From Alphaproteobacteria bacterium (GTDB lineage: Bacteria; Pseudomonadota; Alphaproteobacteria; SP197): 64,000 nucleotides of DNA. The position numbers and the translations under genes are program-made. Location: contig OZ245842.1 of NCBI GenBank assembly GCA_965228895.1, positions 4,512,001 through 4,576,000 on the forward strand, read 5' to 3'. Shown piece after piece: positions 46,939-59,863 of the stretch; the first letter of the stretch is position 1; every line of letters starts with the position of its first letter. Under the pieces are notes generated by a model, which saw only the letters and a program-made list of their open reading frames with translations, searched no databases and was not told the origin of the DNA.

Positions 46939-48015
46939 CTATTCCACCACAAAGGTCGGCGTGAACGAGGCGGGCGCAAGCGACTCGGTCGTGCCGATGA
47001 CGTCGACATTGTCCGGCGTCACCATCTGGATCGCCGGGCCGACGTGCAGGATCTTCAGCTCGCCCTCCAGCATGCGCACCGCCTGGTCGATGCCGAGGCG
47101 GCCCTGCAGCACCGGGAAATCAGTCGGGGCGGCGAGGATGCGTTCGCGCTTGATGCCGCGGTAGACCGCGTGGGTGAAGTAGTCGGCCAGGACCTGGATG
47201 TCGTCGGAGAGACCACGCGCGCGTAAGACGCTCACCGCCGCCTCGGCGGTCACGGCGCTGCCGACGATGTAGTCGACATCCGGGCGTTCCTCGAGCGCCT
47301 CTTCGACCAGGATCAGCTGGATTTCCTTGCCGGTGTCGCCGTACTTGGTGACGACGATCTCAGCCGAGCTCGCCTCGAGCCCGCCGCGGAACCCCTCCTC
47401 GACGAACGGCACCCAACCCGAGCCGTCGGGTCCGGGGAACCACGCGACCTTGACCGGATCCGAGCCCGCCGGATGCCGTTCGGCCAGATAGTCGCCGACC
47501 ATGCGGCCCATGGTCACCCACCACACGCCGGTCTTGGCCGTGACGCCGGGATCGGCGATATCGTTGACGACGGCGATGACGGGGATGTCGGCGGCGATCT
47601 CCAGCACCGTCTCGGTCAGGCCGTCGAAACTGACCGTGCCCAGCAACAGGATGTCCGCGTTCTCCGAGCATTCGCGGACCTGGGCGATCTGGCGCTCGAC
47701 ATTGGGGTAACCACCGGCCTCGACGACTTCGAGGTGAACGCCCAGCCGGCGCGCCTCCTCGACCATGCCGTAGTTGACGGAAATCCAATAGGAGTCCTTC
47801 AGGTGCGGATAGGAGGCACAGATGCGCCACGGCTGGGACACCGCCGCCAACGGCTCATAATCAAGCGTCGTCGACGGGCTGCGGTAGTTGAACGGCTCCG
47901 ACCACGCCTCGACGCTCCAGGTCTCCTGGGCGTGAGCAGGGCCCACACCCAGCACCAGCCCACAGACCGCGAGAACGCTTAACCTGGCGATGCGTTTTCG
48001 GTAAACCGAGATCAT
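46939..48015 (-). CDS. torT: Periplasmic TMAO-binding sensor protein TorT
   Basis: WRICASYPHLKDSYWISVNYGMVEEA, VEAGGY, GDTGKEIQ and YIVGSAVTAEAA match TorT as recalled. Confidence 0.9.
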   Translation of the reverse strand: MISVYRKRIARLSVLAVCGLVLGVGPAHAQETWSVEAWSEPFNYRSPSTTLDYEPLAAVSQPWRICASYPHLKDSYWISVNYGMVEEARRLGVHLEVVEAGGYPNVERQIAQVRECSENADILLLGTVSFDGLTETVLEIAADIPVIAVVNDIADPGVTAKTGVWWVTMGRMVGDYLAERHPAGSDPVKVAWFPGPDGSGWVPFVEEGFRGGLEASSAEIVVTKYGDTGKEIQLILVEEALEERPDVDYIVGSAVTAEAAVSVLRARGLSDDIQVLADYFTHAVYRGIKRERILAAPTDFPVLQGRLGIDQAVRMLEGELKILHVGPAIQMVTPDNVDVIGTTESLAPASFTPTFVVE

Positions 48016-48069
48016 GGGCTATCATGGCATACCGGCTTCACGACACGAAAGCCGGACGGGAGGCATAAC

Positions 48070-51027
<2,958 letters not shown>

Positions 51028-51032
51028 CGACG

Positions 51033-51737
51033 CTACATGTGATCGCCCGCGAAAATGTAACCTTCGCCATGGGCGGTGATGATCAGCTCCGGGTTTTTCG
51101 GATCGTTCTCCAGCTTGCGCCGTAGCCGGCGCACCAGAACGTCGACCGTGCGGTCGTTCGGCGTCTCGACCCGATGGGTCACATGGTTCAACAAACGCTC
51201 GCGCGCCATGACCGTGCCGGGATGATCGGTGAATGCGCAGAGCAGCTCGAACTCCGCGCGGGTCAGTGACGTCTTTCGGCCCTCAGGTGATGTGACGGTG
51301 CGCGTACGCATATCGAACTGCCAGCCGGAGAAACGCCGGACCTCCTGATGGTCGCCCGCCGACCGGCGCGTTCGCCGCAGCAGGTTCTTGACCCTGGCCA
51401 TGACCTCGCGCGGGTTGAACGGTTTGGTGATGTAGTCGTCGGCGCCCATCTCTAAACCGACGATGCGGTCGACCTCGTCGGTCCGGCCCGACACGAAGAT
51501 AATGCCGATATCCGAACGGCGCCGGATCCGGCGCGTCAGCTCCAGGCCATCTTCACCCGGCAGGTTGATGTCGAGCAGCAAGAGATCCGGCATGTCCGAC
51601 AGCAGCACCCGCTGCATCGCCTTGCCGTCGGCCGCCTCGGTGACCCGATAGCCGGCGACCTCCAGGTAGCTGGTCAACTTCGCCCGCGTGACGTCATCGT
51701 CTTCGACGACCAGGATATGAAACCTCTCCGCGTTCAC
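51033..51737 (-). CDS. torR: OmpR-family response regulator TorR
   Basis: LLDINLPGEDGL, DRIVGLEMGADDYITKP and PNDRTVDVLVRRLR motifs; probable GTG start at 51737. Confidence 0.85.
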   Translation of the reverse strand: MNAERFHILVVEDDDVTRAKLTSYLEVAGYRVTEAADGKAMQRVLLSDMPDLLLLDINLPGEDGLELTRRIRRRSDIGIIFVSGRTDEVDRIVGLEMGADDYITKPFNPREVMARVKNLLRRTRRSAGDHQEVRRFSGWQFDMRTRTVTSPEGRKTSLTRAEFELLCAFTDHPGTVMARERLLNHVTHRVETPNDRTVDVLVRRLRRKLENDPKNPELIITAHGEGYIFAGDHM

Positions 51738-51758
51738 GGTCCGCGCCCATCTCCCTCG

Positions 51759-51821
51759 TTTTTCATATATTTTCACAAAATAGTGCGGCCTGTACACAAC
51801 TGGAGCGCTCGTTGTTCAACA
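51759..51821 (+). promoter_or_regulatory. Candidate TorR boxes (degenerate decameric direct repeats)
   Basis: TTTTTCATAT (51759), ATTTTCACAA (51769), CTGTACACAA (51790) and TTGTTCAACA (51812), compared with the E. coli tor box CTGTTCATAT. Confidence 0.5.
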
Positions 51822-51910
51822 CCGCCGTCCTATCCTCAATTCGCTGAACAAGGCGCCCCAGGGCAAGGGCCCGATCAAATCAGCGGGGCGCAAGACTGAG
51901 GAGGCAAAGA

Positions 51911-52870
51911 ATGGGTGAGTTTAAGAGAGCCATTGGCGTGGCGGCTCTGGGAGCCGTGCTCGGCCTGTCGTCCACGGCATGGGCCGATTCGACCGACCCG
52001 ATCAAAATTCCGATCCACAACTGGTCGAGTCAGATCGTCGGCGCGGAGATTGTCGGCAAGATTCTGAACGATGCGGGATATGAGGTCGAATACGTTCCGG
52101 CCGACAGCCAGGTCGTCTACACCTCCATGTGCGAGGGCGATATCGACCTGGTCCACGAGGTCTGGCAGGGCGCGTTCGGCGTCGCTTTCGAGGCGGTCGT
52201 CGACGAAGGCTGCGTGGTCGACGCCGCGACCCACGACGCCAAGACCCGCGAGGAATGGTGGTATCCGGCCTATGTCGAGGAAATCTGCCCCGGCCTGCCC
52301 GATTGGGAAGCGCTGAACGCGTGCGCCGCAGAGTTCTCGACCCCGGAAACCGCGCCGAACGGCCGTTTTCTGGGCGGTCCGGTGGATTGGCTGAAGCATG
52401 ACCAGGAACGTGTCGACGCACTCGGCATGGACTTCCAGGTCGTTAACGCCGGTTCGGCAGCCGCACTCTGGGCCGAGCTTGATTCGGCATCAGCCCGCAA
52501 CGAGCCGATCGTGCTGTTCAACTGGACGCCGAACTTCATCGAGGCGGTCTATGACGGCAAGTTCGTCGAGTTCCCCGAATACGGCGAAGGCTGCCTGGAC
52601 GATCCGTCCTGGGGCATGAACCCGGATTCGACCTATGACTGCGGCAATCCCAAAGGCGGTTACCTGAAGATTGGCGTCTGGGAAGGCATGGAGGAGAAGT
52701 GGCCCGGCGCCTACGCGGTGGTCGAGCAGATCAACTTCTCCAATCTCGACATCGCCGTGATGTCGAAACTGGTCGACGTCGACGGCATGGAGCCGTCCGA
52801 AGCCGCCGACAAGTGGCTCGCCGACAACGAAGACAAGTGGAAGGCCTGGTCAGCTTCCGCCGGGAGCTAA
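51911..52870 (+). CDS. tmoX: TMAO ABC transporter substrate-binding protein TmoX
   Basis: IPIHNWSSQ, EVWQGAF, TREEWWYP, CPGLPDW, GPVDWLKH, NAGSAAALWAE and YDCGNP closely match Roseobacter-group TmoX as recalled. Confidence 0.88.
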   Translation: MGEFKRAIGVAALGAVLGLSSTAWADSTDPIKIPIHNWSSQIVGAEIVGKILNDAGYEVEYVPADSQVVYTSMCEGDIDLVHEVWQGAFGVAFEAVVDEGCVVDAATHDAKTREEWWYPAYVEEICPGLPDWEALNACAAEFSTPETAPNGRFLGGPVDWLKHDQERVDALGMDFQVVNAGSAAALWAELDSASARNEPIVLFNWTPNFIEAVYDGKFVEFPEYGEGCLDDPSWGMNPDSTYDCGNPKGGYLKIGVWEGMEEKWPGAYAVVEQINFSNLDIAVMSKLVDVDGMEPSEAADKWLADNEDKWKAWSASAGS

Positions 52871-52885
52871 GCTCAATCCGGCGAC

Positions 52886-52921
52886 GGGGGTACCGCGATG
52901 GGGGGTCGTCGCGGTACCCTC
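52886..52921 (+). terminator. Stem-loop after tmoX (stabilising hairpin or partial terminator)
   Basis: GGGGGTACCGCGATG...CGTCGCGGTACCCTC. Confidence 0.5.
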
Positions 52922-52998
52922 AACCGGCTTGGTAAGCGCGACAAGCCGGTAAGAAGCGACATCGCGCCCTGGCTTCATGTCATGTTGGGGGCGGATAC

Positions 52999-54024
52999 GT
53001 GGCGGATCCAATTCTTTCCTGTCGAGGCGTCTGGAAGCTGTTTGGCCAGGCGCCGCAACGATTCCTGAGGGAACACAACGGCACGCCGACCCGCGAGGCG
53101 CTGGTCGAGGCCGGTTACATCGCCGCCGTGCGGGATGCCTCGCTGGAGGTCGCGCCGGGCGAAATCCTGATCGTCATGGGCTTAAGCGGCTCCGGCAAGT
53201 CGACCCTGCTGCGCTGCCTGGCGCGCCTGATCGAACCCACCGCCGGCGAGATTGTCTTCGAAGGCGAAGATCTGCTCGGCGCCGATGCCAAGCAGATGAT
53301 CGAACTCAGGCGCCACAAGATGGGCATGGTATTCCAGCATTTCGCGCTGCTGCCCCATCGCACCGTCCTGCAAAACGTCGCCTTCCCGCTCGAGGTTCAG
53401 GGCATTACCCGAATCGAGCGGGAAAAGCGCGCGCTCGAAATGATCGAACTGGTCGGCCTCAACGGCCGCGAAGGCTATTACCCACGTGAACTCTCCGGTG
53501 GCCAGCAGCAGCGCGTCGGTATTGCCCGCTCGCTCGCCGTCGGTCCGGACCTGTGGTTCCTGGACGAACCGTTCTCGGCGCTTGATCCCTTGATCCGGCG
53601 CGAGATGCAGGATGAGTTCCTGCGCCTGCAAAGCGTGCTGCAGAAGACCATCGTCTTCGTCACCCACGATTTCGACGAGGCGCTGCGTCTCGCCGACCGC
53701 ATCGCGATTATGTATGAAGGCGAGATCGTTCAGATCGGCACCGCCGAAGATCTCGTGACGAATCCCGCGACCGACTACGTGCGCGAGTTCACCAACAACA
53801 TCGCCAAGGAGCAGTTCTTGACCGTGCGTCAGGTCATGAACGGCCCGGATGGTGTCTCGCTCGGCGATATCCGTGTCGGCGTCAACGATAAGCTGAGCGA
53901 TGTCGCCCGGAATATCTTGAACGCTGAAGGACCGATTGGCGTCGTCGATCCCGATGGCACGCTGGTCGGTCACCTGACCCGCGCGAAGGTCATGGACGCC
54001 CTGTTCCCGGCCAGGGAGCCGTGA
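52999..54024 (+). CDS. tmoW: Quaternary-amine ABC ATPase (ProV-like), TmoW
   Basis: MGLSGSGKST, MVFQHFALLPHR and LSGGQQQRVG motifs; follows tmoX. Confidence 0.85.
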   Translation: MADPILSCRGVWKLFGQAPQRFLREHNGTPTREALVEAGYIAAVRDASLEVAPGEILIVMGLSGSGKSTLLRCLARLIEPTAGEIVFEGEDLLGADAKQMIELRRHKMGMVFQHFALLPHRTVLQNVAFPLEVQGITRIEREKRALEMIELVGLNGREGYYPRELSGGQQQRVGIARSLAVGPDLWFLDEPFSALDPLIRREMQDEFLRLQSVLQKTIVFVTHDFDEALRLADRIAIMYEGEIVQIGTAEDLVTNPATDYVREFTNNIAKEQFLTVRQVMNGPDGVSLGDIRVGVNDKLSDVARNILNAEGPIGVVDPDGTLVGHLTRAKVMDALFPAREP

Positions 54025-56012
54025 GCGCAACCGGCGCATCGGCCGACCCGGCCGACCGTACGCAAGGCGGCGCAAGCGGCATGATTCCTGGCGCGTGGCT
54101 TTTGTTTCTTCTGCCTTTTATCGCGCTGCTCCTCGCGCGGCCCATCCTGCCGGAATGGGCGATCCTGACGCCTGAAGCGTGGCGCATCCCCTTCGTCGAA
54201 TGGATCAACGCCGTGGTCGATGTGTTGAAGAAACACGAGATCTTCGGCCTCTTCACCTTCAAGGACGTGACCCGCGCCGTCGCCTCGGCGGTCGAATGGC
54301 CGCTCGACCTGATGGACAGCATCCTGGTCTCCGGCTTCAAGGGCACCGGTATTCCGTCCCTGCCCTGGCCCGCCGTTGTCGGCCTTGCTGCCGTGTTCGG
54401 CTGGTGGCTGAAAGGTTGGCGCCTGGCGTTGCTGGCCGGCGGTTGCATCTTCTATGTCGCGCTGTTCGGCAAATGGGAAGACTCGATGATCACGCTCTCC
54501 GTGGTCCTGGTCGCCGCCCCCATCGCTGGCATCATCGGCCTGGTCCTCGGCGTGATCGCCGCCAAGTGGAATCCGTTCGAGCGCATCCTGTGGCCGATCC
54601 TGAACGTCATGCAGTCGATGCCGCATTTTTCGTACCTGATCCCTGTCGCGATCTTTGTCGGCGTCTCGCACAAGGCCGGCGCGATCGCGACCATCCTGTT
54701 TGCCATGCCGCCGATGGCGCGCCTCACCCTGGTCGGCCTGCGCGGCGTGCGCCCGGAGATCCGCGAGGCCGGTGTCATGGCCGGCTGCACGCGCGCGCAG
54801 ATGCTCTACAAGGTCGAGATCCCGGCGGCGCGCGAAAGCCTGATGATCGGCGTCAACCAGGTGATCATGCAGTGCCTGGCCATGGTCGTCATCGCGTCCT
54901 TTGTCGGCACCAAGGGCCTGGGTCAGGATCTGTTGTTCCGTCTGCAGGGCCTCAGGATCGGCCAGGCGATCGAAATCGGTGTCGCCATTGTCTTTATCGC
55001 CGTCATGCTGGACCGGCTCAGCTTGGCGCTTTCCGAACGACAGCCCGAACACCTGGTGCCCGGTCCGTGGTGGCGACGTCATCCGTTCCTGACCACCGCC
55101 GGCGTCATCGTTGTCCTGTCATGCATCGCCGCGGCGATCACGCCCGCCGCGCAGGAGTTTCCCAGTTCGCTCTACATCACCACCGCACCGCTGTGGGACG
55201 GCCTGGTCGACTACATCACCCTGCATTTCTATGACGCCTTGTCGATCTTCCGCGACTCGCTCCTGACGCACGTTCTGATCCCCATGCGCACCGCCTTTCA
55301 GTGGGTGCCGTGGGTTGCCGCGGTCGCCCTGGTTGTCGGTATCGGCTATTGGCTCGGCGGCTGGAAGCTGGTGTTGCCGGTCGCGCTTTTCGTGCTTTTC
55401 ATCGCGTTCTCCGGCTATTGGGCGCGCGCCTCGATCACCGCTTACATGGTGACAGTCGCGCTCATCGTCTGCATCGCCTTCGGATTGCCGGTCGGCATCT
55501 GGGCGTCGGGCACGCTTTGGCGCTCGCGATTCATCCAGCTCGTCTGCGACACGTTCCAGACGTTCCCGTCCTTCATCTACCTGATTCCGGTCATCATGCT
55601 GTTCAAGGTCGGCGACGTCGCGGCGATCGCGGCAATCGTCATCTATGCCAGCATCCCGATCGTGCGTTACACGACCTTCGGTCTCAGAAACGTGCCGTCG
55701 GAAACCATCGAGGCGGCCATCGTCTCCGGCTGCACGCCGTTCCAGATCCTGTGGAAAGTGCGCATGCCGTTGGCCATCCCGGAGATCATGCTGGGCATCA
55801 ACCAGACCATCATGTTCTCGCTCTTTATGGTCATCATCGCGGCCTTCATTGGCACGACGGACCTGGGACAGGAAATCTTCCGCGCGCTGACCTTCGCCGA
55901 TGCCGGCAAGGGCATCGTGCTCGGCCTCTGCGTCGCGTTCATGGGGTTGGCGGTCGATCGCCTGATCACCGAGTGGTCGGCCAACCGCAAGAAGCAGCTC
56001 GGTCTGGCCTAG
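54021..56012 (+). CDS. tmoV: Duplicated ProW-type ABC permease, TmoV
   Basis: Two permease repeats (MQSMPHFSYLIP and FQTFPSFIYLIP; GVNQVIM and GINQTIM). Confidence 0.85.
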   Translation: MSATGASADPADRTQGGASGMIPGAWLLFLLPFIALLLARPILPEWAILTPEAWRIPFVEWINAVVDVLKKHEIFGLFTFKDVTRAVASAVEWPLDLMDSILVSGFKGTGIPSLPWPAVVGLAAVFGWWLKGWRLALLAGGCIFYVALFGKWEDSMITLSVVLVAAPIAGIIGLVLGVIAAKWNPFERILWPILNVMQSMPHFSYLIPVAIFVGVSHKAGAIATILFAMPPMARLTLVGLRGVRPEIREAGVMAGCTRAQMLYKVEIPAARESLMIGVNQVIMQCLAMVVIASFVGTKGLGQDLLFRLQGLRIGQAIEIGVAIVFIAVMLDRLSLALSERQPEHLVPGPWWRRHPFLTTAGVIVVLSCIAAAITPAAQEFPSSLYITTAPLWDGLVDYITLHFYDALSIFRDSLLTHVLIPMRTAFQWVPWVAAVALVVGIGYWLGGWKLVLPVALFVLFIAFSGYWARASITAYMVTVALIVCIAFGLPVGIWASGTLWRSRFIQLVCDTFQTFPSFIYLIPVIMLFKVGDVAAIAAIVIYASIPIVRYTTFGLRNVPSETIEAAIVSGCTPFQILWKVRMPLAIPEIMLGINQTIMFSLFMVIIAAFIGTTDLGQEIFRALTFADAGKGIVLGLCVAFMGLAVDRLITEWSANRKKQLGLA

Positions 56013-56040
56013 CGCCTGATCTGCTCGCGCGTACGACACA

Positions 56041-56109
56041 CCAGCCCGCTCCCCCATCCGGCCACCCCGAGGATGCTGCCATGGGTGGCCGGGTGGGGGA
56101 GTGGGCTGG
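56041..56109. terminator. Long GC-rich hairpin between convergent tmoV and chrR
   Basis: CCAGCCCGCTCCCCCATCCGGCCACCC...GGGTGGCCGGGTGGGGGAGTGGGCTGG, about 27-bp stem with G-U pairs. Confidence 0.6.
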
Positions 56110-56134
56110 CGATGCCAACTAAACGGCGAGCCGT

Positions 56135-56791
56135 CTAGATATCCAGGAACGGATTGAGCAGGCGTCCGACGGGGCCGGTCAGACGCAGCGGCGCGTCGGT
56201 CACGGCCAGGCAGATGCAGTCCTCGCCTTCGTCGGCGATGGGTCGATGTTCGACCGACGCATCGCATTCCGCGACGTCGCCGCGCACGAAGTGTCCGGTC
56301 TCGTCGCTGAAACCACCGGCCAGCACCAGGGTCAGTTCGGTGCCTTCGTGGGTGTGCGCCGGCATCGCGGTGCCGGGCTTGATCCGCATCAGGCGGGTGT
56401 GAAAACCCTCCGCCTCTGTCAGCAGTTCAACCTTTTCCAACCCGCGGAATGACTTCCAGTCGAGCTGCTCCATGTTCCCGTTCAGGTAATCACGCAGCGG
56501 CTGCGGCACGCGCATGTCGACATCGCCGGGCGCCTCGGCGGCAGCCGCCGGCGCGGCGTCCTCGGCTTCGTCCAGTCGCGCGAGAATGCGATCAATCCCG
56601 CCCTGGTCCAGCGGTGCGGCGTCCTGCTGCTCAAGCATGACACCGCCGAGGGCTTCAAGACGTGCCACTTCATCGCGACAGCGCAAGCAAAGCGCCAGAT
56701 GGGTCGCGACGACCAGGGCCAACGGCTCATCCATCGAGCCGGCGGCATAGGACACGAGAAGGTCGTCGCCTGGGTGATGTTTCGGATTCAT
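56135..56791 (-). CDS. chrR: Anti-sigma factor ChrR (ZAS plus cupin)
   Basis: HH, ATHLALCLRC, HTHEGTELTLVLAG and CICLAVTDAPLR motifs; overlaps the rpoE stop. Confidence 0.95.
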   Translation of the reverse strand: MNPKHHPGDDLLVSYAAGSMDEPLALVVATHLALCLRCRDEVARLEALGGVMLEQQDAAPLDQGGIDRILARLDEAEDAAPAAAAEAPGDVDMRVPQPLRDYLNGNMEQLDWKSFRGLEKVELLTEAEGFHTRLMRIKPGTAMPAHTHEGTELTLVLAGGFSDETGHFVRGDVAECDASVEHRPIADEGEDCICLAVTDAPLRLTGPVGRLLNPFLDI

Positions 56792-57372
56792 GCGGGGGTC
56801 TCCAGCGCGTGACGCAGTTTAGCCATAGCCAAGCGCAAACGCGACTTTACGGTGCCAAGGGGTAAGTTGAGTTCTTCAGCGATCATGCTGTGCGATTTGT
56901 CTTCGAAATAGGCCATGCGCAGCAGTTGTTCTTGTTCTTGTGGTAACTCGGCGACAGCAGCGTGCAGGAGACGGCCCTGCTCTGCCAGGTCGACGACATC
57001 ATCGGCGGCGCGTACCGGCTCTGGCAGGAGCGCCGGGTCTTCGGGATCGATCTCCGGCCGGCGTGTCCGGCGCAGGCTGTCGATCCGGCGGTTGCGCGCG
57101 ATGGTGAAAACCCACGTGCTGACCGCCGCCTTACTGCGATCGTACTGCTCGGCGCGCCGCCAGACCGTCAACATGACCTCCTGGGTCACGTCTTCGGCCG
57201 ATTCCTTATCGGCGCCCTGGCGCATTAAGAACGCCTTCACCCGCAGTCCCAGCTGCCGGTAAAGCTCGACAAACGCCGTGCGATCACGGCGGATCGCAAT
57301 CGCGTGCATCAAGTCTTCCGGCGTTGGATCGACCTCGGCTTTGCCGGCCGGCAGCGGACGATTCTCCTTCAT
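56788..57372 (-). CDS. rpoE: ECF sigma factor RpoE (singlet-oxygen response type)
   Basis: QEVMLTVWRRA, STWVFTIARNRRID and PLGTVKSRLRL motifs; coupled to chrR; start uncertain. Confidence 0.92.
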   Translation of the reverse strand: MKENRPLPAGKAEVDPTPEDLMHAIAIRRDRTAFVELYRQLGLRVKAFLMRQGADKESAEDVTQEVMLTVWRRAEQYDRSKAAVSTWVFTIARNRRIDSLRRTRRPEIDPEDPALLPEPVRAADDVVDLAEQGRLLHAAVAELPQEQEQLLRMAYFEDKSHSMIAEELNLPLGTVKSRLRLAMAKLRHALETPA

Positions 57373-57480
57373 CGGCACCGTTCCCAGTACCAAAGTCGCC
57401 TTTCGCGCGGGCAAAGCTGCCGCCGGTTCAACCGCAAGTGCACTTTGCACAGTCTTCCTCCCACGTTTTCCAGGGTTCCT

Positions 57481-57506
57481 TACGCCGCCATGCGACAGGT
57501 GGATCA
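57481..57506 (-). promoter_or_regulatory. RpoE autoregulatory promoter TGATCC-N16-CGTA
   Basis: Reverse complement reads TGATCC acctgtcgcatggcgg CGTA. Confidence 0.75.
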
Positions 57507-57567
57507 CCATCTGGAGCGCCGGGACGCAGGATCGGTCAATTCGGTTGATTGGCTGGCGGCAACGGGC

Positions 57568-57593
57568 TGATCCGGCATCACGCACTTGGCGTA
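57568..57593 (+). promoter_or_regulatory. RpoE promoter TGATCC-N16-CGTA for the lipid-modification operon
   Basis: TGATCC ggcatcacgcacttgg CGTA(T). Confidence 0.75.
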
Positions 57594-57689
57594 TATGCCG
57601 TCGAACGATTTTTTAGGGAATGGCCGGGTTCTTCCAACGCAGGAAGGATCGGTTTGTGGGCCAAGATACGGTCCGAGGAACGACACTTC

Positions 57690-59021
57690 ATGAAGATTGC
57701 GGTTATCGGCGGTGGCATCACCGGCCTTAGCGCGGCCTGGCTGCTGTGCCGCCAGCACGACGTCAGCCTCTACGAGAGCGCGGAGCGGCTTGGCGGTCAC
57801 GCCAACACCGTCGATGTGGACATTGGGGGCGAACGAATCCCGGTCGACGCCGGGTTCATCGTCTATAACGAACACAACTATCCCCACCTGACGAAGCTGT
57901 TCGCCGCCCTGGATGTTGCGACCGTCGCCAGCGACATGTCGTTTGCCATTTCCCTTAACCGCGGCAGGTTCGAATACGCCGGCAGCAGCCGTGGCCTCTT
58001 CGCGCAACCCCGCAATGTCTTGCGCCCGTCGTTCTGGCGGCTGATCGCTGACCTCCTGCGGTTCTATCGGGACGCGCCGGGCTTCGCCGATCGCGATGAT
58101 CTCGATGATCTGACCCTGGGCGATCTGCTTGCCCAAGGTGGCTATTCCGATCTTCTGGCGCGCCGTCATATCTTGCCGATGGCGGCGGCTATCTGGTCCT
58201 CCAAGCTATCCGACGTCCTCGACTTCCCGGCCCGCACCTTCGTGCAGTTCTTTGAGAACCACGGGTTGTTCCGTCTTGGCGAAAGGCCGCAGTGGCGCAG
58301 TGTCTTGGGCGGCAGCCGCCGCTATGTCGACGCGCTTGCCGCGCCGTTCCGCCACAAGGTTCATCTCGCAACACCGGTCGCCACGCTCAGACGCACGCCA
58401 GCCGGCGTGATCGTGCGCGCCAAGACCGGCCACGAGCAGCGTTTTGATGAGGTCGTGGTGGCCGCCCATGCCGATCAGGCGCTGGCCATGTTGGGCGAGA
58501 ACGCCAGTAACGCGGAACGTCAGATCCTCAGCGCGTTCCGCTATCAGGAAAACCATGCGGTCATGCACAGCGATACCGCGCTGATGCCACGACGCCGGCA
58601 TGCATGGGCAAGTTGGAACTACATGAGCGACGGTTGTCTCGACGATCTCGATCAGGTGTCGGTCAGTTACTGGATGAACCGGTTGCAGCAGCTTCGAACA
58701 GACCGCGACATCTTCGTCACCCTGAACCCCGAACGCCTGCCGTCGCGCGATCTGACCCACGCTTCGTTCACCTATCACCATCCGCAGTTCGACAAGGCGG
58801 CGCTCGACGCACAGCACGAACTCCCGGCCATCCAAGGGTACGATCGTCTCTGGTTCTGCGGCAGCTATTGCGGCTATGGTTTTCATGAAGACGGTCTGCA
58901 GGCCGGCATCGCGGTCGCCGAGGCGCTCGGCGCAACACCGCCCTGGGCCCACGAGGTGACGCCGATGAGCCCGGCCTGGCGCGCCGTCATGCCCACGACG
59001 CCGGCCATGGCCGCGGAATAG
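57690..59021 (+). CDS. FAD-dependent oxidoreductase/desaturase (RSP1091/UfaD-like)
   Basis: IAVIGGGITGL, RLGGHANT, VDAGFIVYN..YP and GYGFHEDG motifs. Confidence 0.9.
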   Translation: MKIAVIGGGITGLSAAWLLCRQHDVSLYESAERLGGHANTVDVDIGGERIPVDAGFIVYNEHNYPHLTKLFAALDVATVASDMSFAISLNRGRFEYAGSSRGLFAQPRNVLRPSFWRLIADLLRFYRDAPGFADRDDLDDLTLGDLLAQGGYSDLLARRHILPMAAAIWSSKLSDVLDFPARTFVQFFENHGLFRLGERPQWRSVLGGSRRYVDALAAPFRHKVHLATPVATLRRTPAGVIVRAKTGHEQRFDEVVVAAHADQALAMLGENASNAERQILSAFRYQENHAVMHSDTALMPRRRHAWASWNYMSDGCLDDLDQVSVSYWMNRLQQLRTDRDIFVTLNPERLPSRDLTHASFTYHHPQFDKAALDAQHELPAIQGYDRLWFCGSYCGYGFHEDGLQAGIAVAEALGATPPWAHEVTPMSPAWRAVMPTTPAMAAE

Positions 59022-59028
59022 CAGCGCG

Positions 59029-59850
59029 ATGACATCCGATGTCCCCATGAAGAATGACACGTCTTGCCTCTACCTGGGACGCGTCATGCACAAGCGGCTC
59101 ATGCCGTTCCGGCATCGTTTGGACTTTCGCGTCTTCTCGCTCTTTGTCGATCTGGATGCGCTGCCCGGTCTGTCCCGGCGTCTGCGTCTGTTCTCGCATA
59201 ACCGGTGGAATCTTTTCAGCTTTATGGACAGGGATCACGGGCCGCGCGACGGCAGCGCGCTTAGACCGTGGCTTGACGCACAACTGAACGACGCGGGTAT
59301 CGACCTGGATGGCGGGCCGGTAAGGTTGCTGTGTTTCCCGCGTATTCTCGGTTACGTCTTTAATCCCCTGACGATCTGGTTTTGCCACCACAGGAGCGGG
59401 CGACTCAAAGCCGTCCTTTATGAGGTCTCAAACACGTTCGGCCAGCGGCACGGCTACCTCATCCCGGTTGACGCAGACCAAGCGGCGGCCAAGACCATTC
59501 GCCAGGCTTGTGACAAATGCTTTTACGTCTCACCATTCATCACCATGAACGCGACCTACAACTTTCGCCTGGTGGAACCCGGCGAACGTCTGTCCGTCTT
59601 GATCAGACAATGGACCGATGAAGGAGAACTGTTGATTGCGGCACAAACAGGCGAGCGCGAGACATTGCAAGATCGGTCTCTGCTGCGCGCCTTTGTCAAC
59701 TATCCGCTGATGACGTTGAAGGTGATTGCCGCGATCCACTGGCACGCCTTTCGCCTGTGGCGCAAGGGCGCCAAGGTACAGCCTCGCCCTGCCGCGCCTG
59801 CCGATCCGATCACCCATGTCGTCCCGCGGCTCGGCCAGGCCGCGGAGTAA
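59029..59850 (+). CDS. DUF1365 protein (RSP1090/UfaO-like)
   Basis: PRILGYVFNP, EVSNTFGQRH, KCFYVSPF and IHWHAFRLWRKG motifs. Confidence 0.9.
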   Translation: MTSDVPMKNDTSCLYLGRVMHKRLMPFRHRLDFRVFSLFVDLDALPGLSRRLRLFSHNRWNLFSFMDRDHGPRDGSALRPWLDAQLNDAGIDLDGGPVRLLCFPRILGYVFNPLTIWFCHHRSGRLKAVLYEVSNTFGQRHGYLIPVDADQAAAKTIRQACDKCFYVSPFITMNATYNFRLVEPGERLSVLIRQWTDEGELLIAAQTGERETLQDRSLLRAFVNYPLMTLKVIAAIHWHAFRLWRKGAKVQPRPAAPADPITHVVPRLGQAAE

Positions 59851-59863
59851 GGTCCGAAACGTC

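Noticed and set aside
57373-57689. Upstream extensions of rpoE (to 57585) and of the FAD oxidoreductase (from 57549)
   Set aside because: They would run across their own RpoE promoters; the shorter starts fit the domain boundaries
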